From Eledone cirrhosa (Eukaryota), in contig OZ024748.1 of the NCBI GenBank assembly GCA_964016885.1, forward strand, positions 40,610,001 through 40,674,000: 64,000 nt of DNA. Reading direction: 5' to 3'. The translations under genes were made by a program, and so were the position numbers. Positions 61,786 through 64,000 of this stretch are shown here, one piece after another. Below the pieces are notes generated by a model. The model saw only the letters and a program-made list of their open reading frames with translations. It was not told the DNA's origin and made no database searches. Position 1 is the first letter of the stretch; each line of letters starts with the position of its first letter.

Positions 61786-64000
61786 AGGTCAACTCTCTAT
61801 TGAAGGAGTCACTGACGTAAGACAAGGTCAACTCTCTATTGAAGGAGTCACTGACCTAAGACAAAGTCAACTCTCTATTGAAGGAGTCACTGACCTAAGA
61901 CAAGGTCAACTCTCTATTGAAGGAGTCACTGAACTAAGACAAGGTCAGCTCTCTATTGAAGGAGTCACTGACCTAAGACAAAGTCAACTCTCTATTGAAG
62001 GAGTCACTGACCTAAGACAAGGTCAACTCTCTATTGAAGGAGTCACTGAACTAATACAAGGTCAACTCTCTATTGAAGGAGTCACTGACCTAAGACAAAG
62101 TCAACTCTCTATTGAAGGAGTCACTGACCTAAGACAAGGTCAACTCTCTATTGAAGGAGTCACTGAACTAATACAAGGTCAACTCTCTATTGAAGGAGTC
62201 ACTGACCTAAGACAAAGTCAACTCTCTATTGAAGGAGTCACTGACCTAAGACAAGGTCAACTCTCTATTGAAGGAGTCACTGAACTAATACAAGGTCAAC
62301 TCTCTATTGAAGGAGTCACTGAACTAAGACAAGGTCAACTCTCTATTGAAGGAGTCACTGAACTAATACAAGGTCAACTCTCTATTGAAGAAGTCACTGA
62401 ATTAATACAAGGTCAACTCTCTATTGAAGGAGTCACTGAACTAATAGAAGGTCAACTCTCTATTGAAGAAGTCACTGAACTAATACAAGGTCAACTCTCT
62501 ATTGAAGGTGTCACTGAACTAATACAAAGTCAACTCTCTATTGAAGGAGTCACTGACCTAAGACAAAGTCAACTCTCTATTGAAGGAGTCACTGACCTAA
62601 GACAAGGTCAACTCTCTATTGAAGGAGTCACTGAACTAATACAAGGTCAACTCTCTATTGAAGAAGTCACTGAACTAATACAAGGTCAACTCTCTATTGA
62701 AGGAGTCACTGAACTAATAGAAGGTCAACTCTCTATTGAAGAAGTCACTGAACTAAGACAAGGTCAACTCTCTATTGAAGGAGTCACTGAACTAATACAA
62801 GGTCAAATCTCTATTGAAGGAGTCACTGAACTAAGACAAGGTCAACTCTCTATTGAAGGAGTCACTGACCTAAGACAAAGTCAACTCTCTATTGAAGGAG
62901 TCACTGAACTAATACAAGGTCAACTCTCAATTGAAGGAGTCACTGAACTAAGACAAGGTCAACTCTCTATTGAAGGAGTCACTGACCTAAGACAAATTCA
63001 ACTCTCTATTGAAGGACTCACTGACCTAAGACAAGGTCAACTCTCTATTGAAGGAGTCACTGACCTAAGATAAAGTCAACTCTCTATTGAAGGAGTCACT
63101 GACCTAAGACAAGGTCAACTCTCTATTGAAGGAGTCACTGAACTAATACAAGGTCAACTCTCTATTGAAGGAGTCACTGAACTAATACAAGGTCAACTCT
63201 CTATTGAAGAAGTCACTGAACTAATACAAGGTCAACTCTCTATTGAAGGAGTCACTGAACTAATAGAAGGTCAACTCTCTATTGAAGAAGTCACTGAACT
63301 AATACAAGGTCAACTCTCTATTGAAGGAGTCACTGAACTAATACAAGGTCAACTCTCTATTGAAGGAGTCACTGAACTAATACAAGGTCAACTCTCTATT
63401 GAAGGAGTCACTGAACTAATACAAGGTCAACTCTCTATTGAAGGAGTCACTGAACTAAGACAAGGTCAACTCTCTATTGAAGGAGTCACTGAACTAATAC
63501 AAGGTCAACTCTCTATTGAAGGAGTCACTGACCTAAGACAAAGTCAACTCTCTATTGAAGGAGTCACTGACCTAAGACAAGGTCAACTCTCTATCGAAGG
63601 AGTCACTGACCTAAGACAAGGTCAACTCTCTATTGAAGGAGTCACTGAACTAAGACAAGGTCAACTCTCTATTGAAGGAGTCACTGAACTAATAGAAGGT
63701 CACCTCTCTATTGAAGAAGTCACTGAACTAATACAAGGTCAACTCTCTATTGAAGGAGTCACTGAACTAATACAAGGTCAAATCTCTATTGAAGGAGTCA
63801 CTGACCTAAGACAAAGTCATCTCTCTATTGAAGGAGTCACTGACCTAAGACAAGCTCAACTCTCTATTGAAGGAGTCACTGAACTAATACAACGTCAACT
63901 CTCTATTGAAGGAGTCACTGACCTAAGACAAGGTCAACTCTCTATTGAAGGAGTCACTGAACTAAGACAAGGTCAACTCTCTATTGAAGGAGTCACTGAA
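61786..64000. repeat. 39-bp intronic minisatellite, over 56 units, open at the right edge
   Basis: Unit AAGGTCAACTCTCTATTGAAGGAGTCACTGA(C/A)CTAA(G/T)AC. Confidence 0.98.

Overview
Eukaryotic, repeat-dense DNA; the SINE and LINE families point to an octopod cephalopod (inferred, not searched). From left to right: (1) a ~26.2 kb array of a 35-bp satellite with kb-scale higher-order duplications, which produces all the spurious + strand ORFs at 1-26 kb; (2) a 2.5 kb G-rich minisatellite; (3) a TTAA-flanked piggyBac-like MITE whose 72-bp subterminal segment is tandemly amplified and interrupted by a full-length but disabled L1/Tx1-clade retrotransposon; (4) an RTE LINE beside a tRNA-derived SINE sharing its 3' tail, two RTE-leader-like short repeats and an internally deleted Penelope-like element; (5) three 5'-truncated Tx1 copies, all ending against (TATC)n microsatellite; (6) many copies of a second SINE, three non-autonomous Helitrons and several minisatellites; (7) early exons of an NWD1/NWD2-like NACHT/WD40 gene on the + strand, continuing past the window. 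The best leads are a covarying 3' stem-loop shared by the Tx1 LINE and the second SINE, apparent (TATC)n targeting, one MITE seeding two different minisatellites, and a hammerhead-core-like motif in the 35-bp satellite. No prokaryotic features or CRISPR arrays.
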